Below are positions 26,691-39,011 of a stretch of DNA of 64,000 nt, piece after piece; within the stretch, counting starts at the first letter, position 1, and each line of letters opens with the position of its first letter. The DNA comes from Dimorphilus gyrociliatus (Eukaryota; Animalia; Annelida), in contig CAJFCJ010000028.1 in NCBI GenBank assembly GCA_904063045.1, forward strand, positions 749,230-813,229, read 5' to 3'. The translations under genes and the position numbers were made by a program. The notes below the pieces were generated by a model, which saw only the letters and a program-made list of their open reading frames with translations, made no database searches and had not been told where the DNA came from.

Positions 26691-29600
26691 AAACCAGCAT
26701 ACAATATTAATAATGTCTCCTTACATTAACAGTTTTTAAGTGACTTTTCTTTTTTTCGTTACTTTAAATACCTTATCACCGACACTCACCTCTCAAAATA
26801 GTAATTCTGTTTCATTTATAAACAACTAATGCATTGTGTATGTTTTACACAGTACACCCCCTCAACAAGTATCTAATAGAATTTACCCGTCGCTTATTGA
26901 CGTCATATCTGAATATATACAGTAGTTATTAATTAATAATTTAATTCATTGTAACGATTAATTTTAAAAAAAATGTTATATCTACGTAGTCCTTAGAACA
27001 GTTATAGACGGGTATTCTATTCAATTGCTACACGAAGATGAATGAGAAAGGTTATGAGGCATATTTGCTTAATAGTGCATAAAACTACCTAATTTAATTT
27101 TAATCAATAGCCTCTTCTCTAGAAAAGAATAGGAATTTTCGTATCCTTATTACTTCAATAACATAAAGAAGTAGACAATTTGGTTGGAGAAATAGGGAGA
27201 AAAATTTCTTTTCATAATGGAAATATTTCGATTTCAATTACTTTACGGAACTTTGACATTGATATATAATCGATAGACCTACTTGAAGAATTTCCACTAA
27301 GACCTTCGTTGATAGGTTGAACAAACACGGATGTCAATAAGGAGCAGTTGCTGCTACATACGTATGATAACTGTTTTTTTGTTATATGCATAGTTTTTTT
27401 TTGTTAACCTATGCAAGAAATATATTAATATATATATATATCAGCAGAAACATGTTAAATTTGTTTCTTATCGAACCGAAAGTCAATTGGAAAAACTATT
27501 TTAAATATGAATTTATAGAAAAGAAAATAAGCTATGTCAGTCAATAGACCCAGTTAAAAAAGTAAACAAATCGACATAACTTCTATTGTATGTTTGTCCT
27601 ATTTGTCCTCTAATAAATTCCAGTATCTTTAGTTATTTTATTATGCATTTGATGAAACCAAGTTAACAGGTTTTTATAAAAATATAAAACCAACTATAGA
27701 CACCCAACCGCATGAATAAGCTCATGTGAGCCTTATTCGGTCAATGCTTCTATGCTAAAAGGCCTAGTGAATTTGCAAAATGGGAGGTGCTGAAAACGTC
27801 AACTTTTGATATTTTTTAAATAGTGATATAGTGATGAATAATTTTAATATATCAATCATCTTTGCTGATAATATATGAAGCCATAGGCCAACAATATTCT
27901 CCTTTTTCTATACGAGGAAATTATACAGTGTATTCAGTAATTACACTCAAGAAAAAAATAAGACACCGTAGAAATCCAGTGCCTTGAAGGTCACCATATG
28001 GGTTTATTACGCCTTGACATAGATTCATTTTCAATAGGTCTATTTGATTTTGTAAACAAAAAACATTCCCATTTTTTCCATAACAATAATCTAAAGAAAA
28101 AAAAACAATACACGGCGGAACGTATAGGTTACATCTTTCAAAAATTGCCCATTATTTTTTTTAATCATTTTATTTCTTAAGAGTGTTTAATCAATAAAGA
28201 TTATTAGATATTAAAAATATCAGAATGATAATATATTCATGATTAATAAGCGAATGCTTATGTCGAGGAAGGAGACAAAGATTAAGAATGTAGTTCAATC
28301 TTTACCACACAAAAATTTTACACTCGACTGATCACCAGACAAAATACAACCCAATGTGCTTCAGTTTGGACGAATTTATTCAAGCAATGGTAAGCAAAGA
28401 TACAGTATATTTATAATATACTATAAAATATATATAAATATATCTATATATATATATAGATATATATATATATTAGTCCTATTTAGTCTCTTAGACAGCT
28501 AATCAATATTCATTAAAAATGGATATGATTTTCTGAAAATATTGAAATTAATATATTGTCGTATAGAATAACCAAAGAATCATGAAGCTTATTTTGATAA
28601 GGAAAACGATTAAAAGTATAATTAGGCCATTGGAAGACTTGAAAATAAATTAATTAAGGGTCTCAAAGGCTAGCCATTTAGTCTACATTATAGAATTTTC
28701 AGCTTTATGTCGGCCATTTCCAAGAAATCGCCGATGCGCCCTAAATACGAAAACATGATCTAGCTCTCTCACAGATACATGCGTACTCCCTCACTCTTTT
28801 TCACTTAATAACTCTTTTTCTTCTTTTCTTTCTCTTTCTCTCTCTTCTCTCCCTCAGTCTCCTCTCTCGATCTATCTCTTGTTTATTTCTCGTTCTCACT
28901 CTTTTTTCGCTCTCTCTCCCTTTTCTCTACCCTTCTTTATTTCTCCCTGATTTAATATGCACAAGGGGTTATTGGGTGCTGGATTTTTCTGTATTCTTCC
29001 TTTATCCTATAGAATGTAAGGTTTCGAACTATTCTGCAAGTTATATAATTGGCCTAGTATCAATTTGATAAACCTTAATATTTACATTTAGCCATCAAAG
29101 TCAAGTAGAAAAAATTTTTTTTTTAATTCTTGAATCAATAATGAAAAACTGAATGACACATCCAAAACTAAACACGGCCTGTTGATTCTTATTGGGTAAG
29201 GTTTAAATAAATAATTACAGTTCTTCTTTTGTCTTCCACTGAAAAGTATTCAATTTTGAATGCCATCTATTGTGTGGAAAGATAGCATTCTAATTGACTA
29301 GTCTTCTGTAGGCTTGGCCTCATTTACTTGGAAGGATTGTTAAATAATTAATACGTTGCTGAGGAAATAGTATTTTTTTCATTCTAAACCAAAGCCTTAG
29401 GTAAGTTTAACCTTTGACATCGGAAATATTAGCTTCAAACCATATCTTAACCCAAGACTACTAATTAGATAAGAAGAAAGAAGGGGAAATTAATTCTTTA
29501 ACAATTGTTTATGAGAATTTTACAGACATTTTTCAAAAATCTTTAAAAATTATCAAAGTATAAGAAAGAATTTGGTATTTAAGTATAAATTCGACTAATT

Positions 29601-30479
29601 TTTCACTTACGAGTAAGTGAATCGTTGTGGTATCGTATCCAAAAATATTTCAGTACCATGTGCAAGAGCTCTCTATTGATTTATAGGCTGATAAATAGTC
29701 TAGTTTCATCTTTTAACTAGTAAAATCATTAGGAAAACTTGTTTCAATAAAAGTATGTAAAGTTATTAGATATTTTCGTAGTAGCTCAATTAATAAAATT
29801 CTAAACGAGAAAACTAATTACGCAATCGTCCAGGAATTTAACGATCTTTTTAATAGATTACCTATTAAAGGCTTATTCAAAGAGTAGTAAACGAGAGTAT
29901 AGAACTATAAGTATATTTATATATGTATATATTTATAGATAAATGTAATCGGTGAACATTTACAGTTTAATTGAAAGAATGTAACTGTTTTGTATAAGTA
30001 AATAGAAGGTACTTCGTTGTCGATTCATAAAACGAAATCGATTTGAATATGTATTTTGACCTAAATTATGCCGGTGTATAAGGGACCATTCATGCGAAAA
30101 AAAAAGTTTTAAAATTAGATCATTCGCCTTTGATCCAAATACATATTTAAGCCTAATCTTGTTTACGTAGAAGTTCATAGTGAGTAATGAATCCAATTCT
30201 CAAGTAAAAGAACTAGTAAAATATTTCGTATTAAAGATAAAAAGAAGAAAGAATTTTTCAAATAAAAAAGAACTAGCTTGTGTATAGATAAGAACTCAGT
30301 AGGTGGTGATTGAGATAAGGCATATCCTGTTAATAAATTATTACTATATCGATTTTCAGGACCGATTTGTTACATTGTCTCATTGAACAATCTAATTAGT
30401 ATCTAATTACAATAAAATTGTATACGAACCGTAGATAAAGTTGAAAAAGAAAACGGAAAACTCGTACCGTCCTCTTAGC

Positions 30480-31000
30480 TATCAGCAAAGCGAATGAGAA
30501 AAGGCGGCTCGTACTCTACCATTATCCTCCCATACTCGTTGCTGATTGGCTGAATTCCCCTTGGTGTGTGACGTCGTCAGGATTCCCAGGGTTTTGTCAA
30601 TGGCAATGAAAGTGGTTTGTCGATTAAACTTTTTAGTTTAATCAGATCATATATTTGAAAAATTAGATCGTTCGTGTTTTTTACAATATAAAAGAACACT
30701 TTCCTATTACTCTTATTACGTCAAAAATTGCATAAATTTCCTATTAGAGGTCAGCGACCTTTGCATGAATCGTGCCTGACGTTCATTACACCTAGCTCCC
30801 AAACTAATCTCTCTCTCTCTCTCTCTCTCTCTCTTATATATATATATATTGATAGTTGGAGAACAAATTACTTCGGTTCGGAAAAATTTGCTGTGACGAC
30901 TGCAGCGGGACGATGACGTCAATATTGACCTAGTAGCGCTGCTGACGTCACTATCCAGGGGCATTAATTAAGCCTATTTTAGTTTATCTAGTACGATTAC
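30480..31000. promoter_or_regulatory. Candidate promoter/enhancer of the klu-like gene (CRE pair, CCAAT box, CT/GA repeat)
   Basis: TGACGTCA at 30914-30921 and 30943-30950; near-CRE TGACGTCG near 30569; TTACGTCA near 30716; GATTGG (inverted CCAAT) near 30544; (CT)n at 30809-30833; GC content above background. Confidence 0.45.
30809..30848. repeat. Compound (CT)n-(TA)n microsatellite
   Basis: About 12 CT units followed directly by TA units. Confidence 0.9.
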
Positions 31001-34000
31001 GCGTTCCTGATAATTTACTATCATTAAGATTTCTCTTCTCAACTAGTAACCAGCTTACCTAAGATGCCTGGCTCTGTTACCTCTTGTCTAGTGACGCTAT
31101 AGTCAAATCGAATAGGAGTTAGAGCCGTATTGTTTTTTCAACACTCCTCCCCCGCTAAATAATCGATAACAACGAACTGCCCCGGAATTAAGCTATTATA
31201 GGCTGAATTCTGAACTGAACAGCTGTTGTATTTTCTCGTTTTCTGTTTTTATTTTTATTTTTATAGTCGTAGCAAGTTATGTATTTTTTAGGTCATTCAC
31301 ATAGTAAATTTTCATTTTCCAACTTTCCAGGAAATTGATTGGGAACGCTGTGTTTTTCGTTCATATTAGTAAAAAAAAGTAGAATATGCTGTTGATTCTT
31401 TACACAAATACAAAATATATTTTATTGCTTTTTGTAAGAAATGGAACATGTCACAGGTGTTTAATTAAAGGGTGAAAAGCACCTTGGCAATATTCTACAA
31501 AACAAATTGACCTTGCTCTTAAGGGATGTTCAAAGGCTAATAAAAAATGTACGAAAAAACTACAAAATTATGAAATTTATGGAAACAACGTTAAAAGAAG
31601 AAAATATAGACAGATCATAGTTAATGTCGTACGCTGTCTTTAAAATTAAGCATATTTAAATGCATAAAGGAATTCTATCCTGGAATCTAGGTTTTCCATT
31701 GACGTCAGAGTAATTTTTTTTCGCTGAAGTACGAATGTTTGCGTGTCATTATAGAAGCGCTCGATAAAAAGAAAGTTACTAGTCCCAACCATAGCTTCAG
31801 GCTTATCAAAGTAACGTTGGGAGAAAAAGTACAGAGAAGACTAGAGCGAGGATGAAGAAAGGGAGGAGTTCACGGGCGGTTGATGCTAGTTACATGGCGG
31901 AATTTTTTATTCTTATTTGCTTAGGCCTACGCTCTTAATAGAAAATGCGTCGTATTTGCTAAGTTCACTGTCACAAACATCTTTTATACCACATACATTA
32001 AGATGTATAGGATGTTAATTAATGCATGTGTTTGAGGTAAAATTGACTATACACTTTTTTTTCGAATACAAAAAGAATTCTTCCAGCTTATTGACCGATA
32101 TCGAGACATTAGAGTTTACATTATTACAAGTACATTTTCGTTTAAAAGAACACAAGGAGGGAATTAAATAGAATAATTCTCACCTATATATTGTTAGACT
32201 AATGTATATAAAGACATATGCAATATATATATATATACACTGTATATACAGGTATACCCAATAGAGCATACATCCTGTAATTTAATTGCATGCATAGATA
32301 CCAATATACATTATATGTTCTGCATATAAATTAAACATGCAGTAAATAATCTTTAAAAGTTCATTTAAAAAAATCTATATAGCACTGTATTCAATAAATG
32401 CCCATATATGCTTTTATAACAGATATATTTTATATAAATATATATATTGCATGTGTATAGTGTACTATACAGCAAATGTTTTCTGTATATTATATAATTA
32501 TGTATGTTTGCTGAATGGGAATACAGCATGAAAAAGATATTTGAAAATTTACTTCGTCTCTATATCACATTCCCCTCGAGCAGTTTTAAACGATATAGTA
32601 CTGGTAGCGACGTCTCTTCTTTCACCTTTTCTTCGCACGTTTATGGAATTCTTTACTTCCCTTAATCTATCTATCTAGCTATCTATTACTTTCTTCACGT
32701 ACTCGCTCATTCGATTCTTTCTCACTATCTACTACTTTCGTCATCTTTTCCGCTCTCACAATCTCACATTTTTTTGTATATAGCTATCGAAATGCATAAA
32801 ATATATATTTCGAATAAATTCCATGATAATAAACGAATCTGATATATCCTGAAATTACAATTTATGGTTGATTTTCAGTACTTTTTGATAAGAAATCTTA
32901 TCATTTTAAAAATAAAAAAGAATTAGATAAAAACATTACGTAATAATTTATATTATTTTCGCATAAGAATTGAATAAAAGAAAAATTCATTTGCTGAAAA
33001 AAAGTAATTAATTACTTTTTCTCTTTTCCATTCTATAAAAAGAACCAATATAAACTATCTATTCTTTTATTTCGAGAAGAAAACAAAGTTAAATAAAACA
33101 TGACCGTATTAAATTATGATTAAACTGCGGTGATCAACGTCTTTCTGCATTCGCTTCATTTTATTTTTGCTAATTGATAGATAAGGCAAAATTTTTTCTT
33201 TTAATAAAATATAAAACAAATTGCCAATAAATATAATCTTAATTACGATATAGAGCTTTTTTTTAAATATATCTGTTTACTTTCTAATTTTACTCTTAAA
33301 ACAACTGCAATTGCTAGCTCTGCAATTTTCTCTTGACTTTTTAATTCAAGGGTAGTGCTATTAATTATTTATTGGAAAATGAATTATACAATAATAACTA
33401 CGGCACAGACTGTGAATGAAAACGACATTATCGTTGCTTCTTCTTATTAACTAATATAAATGAATTAAATGTTAAATAATTCTAAAGAAGACGCTTTAGA
33501 TTTCTATGACGTTACCGCGTTTATTACCTTTTTTCAAAGATGAAAAAATAGTAAAAGAATTGATCTTATACCAGGAATTACACGGTATTTTATTGATAAT
33601 TTATAAAGAATAAATATGCATATCCTTGACTCTACAGATGTTATTACACATGGTTACTGCTCATAGATTATCTTTCAATTGTTTCAGAGTTTGTCTTAAA
33701 TTCATTTTATATAGCTATTAGTTACAACTATACTAAATATTTGTATTCTTTAAAATAACTAGATAAAATGATATTAAATACAATTCTGATTTATTTCCTG
33801 TTAAATGATACAAACACAAGATAGTTTGTAATATTCCTGTAATAGCAGTTTATAAATAAGAAGTGTATCAATTATCTTTTTTTTTGGATTAAAAGCTTCT
33901 CTAGTTTATGTTCTCTAATTTAAGTGAAATCAAAAACATTAAATGTTTAAAATATTCAGATTTATTGTCTATTTTATACAAAATAGATGAGGAAGTCATT

Positions 34001-36867
34001 AGAAAGTTTCAATTTATCGATTTAAATCTTGTAATCTGGAAAAGGGAAGGGGAAAATGTAGAGAGGTTGATGACGTAAGGAAAATGAATATTCATGATTT
34101 ACGTATGAAGTCTAAGAATATTCTCAGTGGAAAACGTTTCTATATCTACCAGTGAAGAGGACGATATTTTAAGTTTATTCATTGATTGAATGTAGTTTTT
34201 TCCAGTTTTATTCATTCTTTTTCCCTGAAATCGACCTTTAGAAGGAAACAACAGGCCAAAGAATTATTCGTCTATGAGTAGTACAATAGTGTGAATTTTG
34301 GAATAGTATAAAATTCCTTTGATGCTGGTGCTTAGCCTAATAGACGAAAATGATGCTTTTTTACAAATTGTTACTTTTTGTCTATTCAAAACAATGTTAA
34401 TATTCTCTAGTGTGTTTCTCTAATAATTTTATTGTTAGCCAAAAGGAACCTCATTACTTAGCCCTATTCGTCGTCAGAAATAAGCCACTTTTGCGTAATA
34501 GTATGAGTTTCTACTATCTTGGGTAATTACTCGGGCAGTTTATTATAGAGTATAAATATGTTTATAAATGTACAGTATATACTATAAGTGTAATGTCTAG
34601 ATCACTTTCTTAAGTTTTCTATATACAATATATATATATAATAAAGTATATTTTATACATCTACGAACAAAAGTGAATAAATAAATAATGATTATTTTTG
34701 ATGATGAGCAGAAAAATAGTAAATAGAAACAATACATAGAGACTATCAGCTATTTTTAATATATCGGAATAATATTCCATCGTTTTTAATTACCTTTGAA
34801 TAATGAAAAAGAATAAATAATAAATATATTTATAATCATCGTTCAAAGGAAAAAGTTAAAAATACCTGGGCTATTTTTAGAATTTCGTACTTGAATTAAA
34901 AAAGAGCTTTTTTTTCACTTTCCCTAAATAATAAATCGTGTCTATTTGAAAAGAATACGTTTTTATTCTATTCCAATATAACAAAATTGTATACATATAT
35001 ATGTATGCAATGTACATAACTATTATATATATATATATACTATACTCTGCTAAATATACATATATATTTATTTATATGTGTATATTAATATTTATAAATA
35101 GATTCAAGTCTAATTACAGTCTTAACAAAATGGGATGCTACATTTATAAAGTATACTGTAATCGGTCTGCATAGAGCATTGTGGTTTTATACTGATATAT
35201 CTAAACAGATAGCGAGCTGTATATACTCTAGACATAATCAACTCTAAAACATATGTATAGTATATCTATTAGTATATACAGTATACATATATTAATTTGT
35301 ATATAGTATATATATAGAAAGACCGTAATTTACTTAATTTCATTATCTAATGAATAAAGAATAATCAAATGCTACATTCTTTAAATTCTTGCAGTTGTTA
35401 AAAAAAAGGGAAACCTAATTATAGCTACTCGTTATTTGCTATCCATTATGTTTCAATGCGGTTGATTGTTCTATAAATGTACTACAATTCATCTCTTTTA
35501 CGTAAAACTTTTAATCATTAAATTTATTATCATAATCAATGAAGCGTCTATCGTGTTTTTTATAGCTAGAGCAAATGCTACAGTTATTAGGATATACTTT
35601 TGACGTCATCAGTCCTCTTAGTCTTCTTATTCATTTTTTAAATCCTAGTTATATTTAACCTGCTCGTTGAATTTTTGCACTAAACTTCTATTCTACCCTT
35701 CGGGAAGAAAATAAACATATCTAGTTTCCATTCTTTTTTGATAGATAAAAGAAATTTTCTAATATTACAATTAGACAATATTATGGAAAGGTATAGGCCT
35801 AAGACAGTAAGACGAAAAGGATATACTTACACATATAGAGAACTAATCTCTTTTTGTGATGTTTTATAGAAAAAACATATTATCATCTTATAAAGTCGTT
35901 TTTATTTTTTACCTAGTTTTTCCTTTTTTTTTAATAAAAAAAATCTTTAAGTTCTGATAAACCTTACTAAAATTTAATATACATATTTTTTTCCAGGACC
36001 GCATTTTTTTCCTTTGTAATATCCATGTACGTCATAGCAATTTTCTGTGATATTCGAAACTACCGTTTTCTCACTCTATCTGTAATTTACCAATTTGTTG
36101 TTATTCTAGACGAAGAATCGTTTGGTCTTATGTAATAGATAATTCCCTATTCACATTTGTTGGACTATTTAAAGTAGTTTTAGTAATAATTGATGTACGC
36201 AATTAAATTACTGTTAATATATAAAAAAATTATAATATTTTCGAAGAGATTTGATAATGAATATTCAATTGGGAAAATATCAAATTATCTACAGACGTCT
36301 TATTAATCTGTTTTCAAAAAGGTGTGATTTCACTTAAAGATGATATTTTTTTTTATAAAAATTCCAGTTTTAAGTGCTACGCTATTATCCACATATATAT
36401 TCATATATACACATTGTGTATATGATGCTAAATATGTTTAAAACATCATTTCTGCCCAGTTAGTTTGAAAATTGAATTGTAGAAGCAGTTTACGATTTGT
36501 AAGTTGAAGAAAAAATACTATTTTTCCTCTTCTCATTTAACAGAATACTATTCTTTCATGCTTTTTACTTTTTAGTTTCTAAACAACAAAAATTATTTAT
36601 ACAATAGAATTGTATAATTCGTCTTGTTTATTTTTCAACAATTAGCTTCTTTTCGCTCCCCTACTAAAATGATGCTAGGAGATCAAGGACAGTATAAAAA
36701 TTAGTGCTTATAATGAGAAAACATACTTTTGACCCGCAATTTTAAGTTCATAACTTGAAAACGCCCTTTTTTAATTAACAAATCTGGAATTTTTCTTGTC
36801 AGATTTTAACTTTATCACGGTAATTTTATTGTTATACTCTATTTACTTATATTGAAATTAGAGTTTA

Positions 36868-36880
36868 CGCCATCTAGCGG
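36868..36880 (-). promoter_or_regulatory. CTCF-like motif CCGCTAGATGGCG
   Basis: Close match to the CTCF core CC(A/G)(C/G)(C/T)AG(A/G)(G/T)GGC(A/G) in an otherwise very AT-rich intergenic tract. Confidence 0.4.
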
Positions 36881-38807
36881 TTACAATTTTCAATTCTATA
36901 ATTATATATATATATATATATACTTTTAAGGGAAGTTAGCTGCTCTTTTTTTATTTTCTTAATTATTTAACCATGAAAAATAGAAAAAATACAACAAAGT
37001 AGGAAGGAAGAAATAAATATTCATAATTAACGATTTGAATATCATTAATAGTTTTTGAATAAATTAAAAATTACAACAGTTGCTTTATTGTTTTATAATT
37101 TTCCGTGCGCATTAGGCTTTATTATAAATAATAGAATGATTAGTTAAATAATCAAATAATTTTATTTAAATTGCATTCTTTCCTTCCGTAGCCTTCGAAA
37201 TTTAGATTCATCTTATTTCAGTACCAAAAAATTGTATGATATGAACAGATATATATATATATATATTTTATTGATTGCTATTTGCTTTATTAAAGAAAAA
37301 TATGCAGTTTCGCCCCTCCCCCTCCCTTTCTAGGAAAGTAATTTACTAATACTTTACTTTACATAAAGGATTTTATCAGCTAAACTAGTAAGTTTTTATG
37401 TGAAAAACTTGATAATTTGCTTTTTAAAAGAGGTTTTTTCCACCATTTAATCGTATATGCGAAATATGATTTCACCTATTAATGTCCTTAATTTTTGCCT
37501 GTAAAAAGGTTCAATGCGAGAACAATTACTCCTCGGTTATATTATTAATTTACATATATTTTATATTTACAGCATTTATCACTTATATGGATTCTCATAA
37601 TTCATCTAGCTTATATTTATAATTTCCATTCCAATCTACACGTGGTGTATCATCTTTCGTGGAAAAACCCAGGATAGCAAGTATTATACATTTTATAAAA
37701 ATGTGTGTCTATGGATAAATAAGTCATATATACTTATTTTATATCCACCTATAAAAAAGGAAAAAGTAATTACACATTAGGCTATGACGTCATTGAGAAA
37801 TATTTTAATAATAATCCTCCTATTTGCATCCCAGGTATTGCGAATAACAGAAAAGCTAATTGCAACTTTTAATGGTTTCATTAATATAAAAAGTTAACGA
37901 TGTGATTATTTCAGGGTGTCTTTGAAGATTATACCTTCTAGTGATTATTGCTTATCGCTGCCATTATCATTGATTACCTCATCCAGGTTATTTGAAAGTT
38001 ACAGCCGTTATTAAGATTACCATTTAGTACTATTCTCTGTCCGGATATTCTTATACCTTAGCTATCTAAATTTAATTAAAAAAAAAAAGAATCCAAGCGT
38101 CACTTTTCTTAAACCTTTAATAATTTTCTTGCATTTTAATTTAGACTTAATATTTCAGAGAAGACTTTCCTTCTAACTAATTGATATTTTATACATTTTT
38201 AATAGGAAAACTGCTATTTACAGTAGATATTATAAATACAAATAAACAATATTTATAAACGCTTTTAGTAGATAAATTAAAAATATTTAAAAAAAAATGT
38301 GTATATCTCCAATAAAAAGATGAATTAACTGGATATATACAGTATATACAAATATATAATGTATATAACTGTTGTAAGCGGAATTGATTTTACCGTTGTT
38401 TCTTTATGTTTTAAAAATGTATTATAAAATTTTTATTATTAGCTTATATGCATCACAGAAATATTGCAGATATCTTTTTTTGTTAACTATTCGCACCATA
38501 ATAACAAATATTTTCTTTTTTTCTTTCTCCTCAGATTCTTTTTTTCCCCTTCTCTGCAAACATCGGCAAAAAAAGAAAAAAAAAAAGAGAGGGAAAACAA
38601 GAAAAAAGAAAAAAATACAAGAAGATTGTCCAGCACGTACAAAAATCAATGTTATCAATTTTTTGACTTTCTTTTTTGCTTCCTTATTATCCTTTTTCAT
38701 CGATATTTTCTTTTTTCTTAAAGGTCAGACTTCTTTTTTACAGTTTGCTTCTTTTTCAAATAAAAATCATTCAAGACGCATATACATATTAATATGTATA
38801 TTTTTAC

Positions 38808-38812
<5 letters not shown>

Positions 38813-38852
<40 letters not shown>
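38813..38852. repeat. (TA)n microsatellite downstream of the MAP3K stop
   Basis: TA run visible directly. Confidence 0.95.
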
Positions 38853-38854
<2 letters not shown>

Positions 38855-39011
38855 AGACATATATTATATATACGCAGCCATACATACATACAAGTATATG
38901 CATAAATACAATACAGAGTATATTTGTTGACGCATATACGTATATGTACATACACACAATATATAATTAACTGACTGTTACACAAAACGTATAGTATTTT
39001 TTTTTTTTAAT

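Noticed and set aside
29190-29410. Consensus + strand donors (AG|GTAAGT) suggesting an antisense lncRNA
   Set aside because: A few such 8-mers are expected by chance and no coherent exon chain could be built.
38384-38985. Several 70-170 aa ORFs and a pyrimidine/purine tract with hairpin potential
   Set aside because: Low-complexity A/T runs and (TA)n repeats downstream of MAP3K; the peptides are F/K/I/Y runs and the pairing is non-specific.
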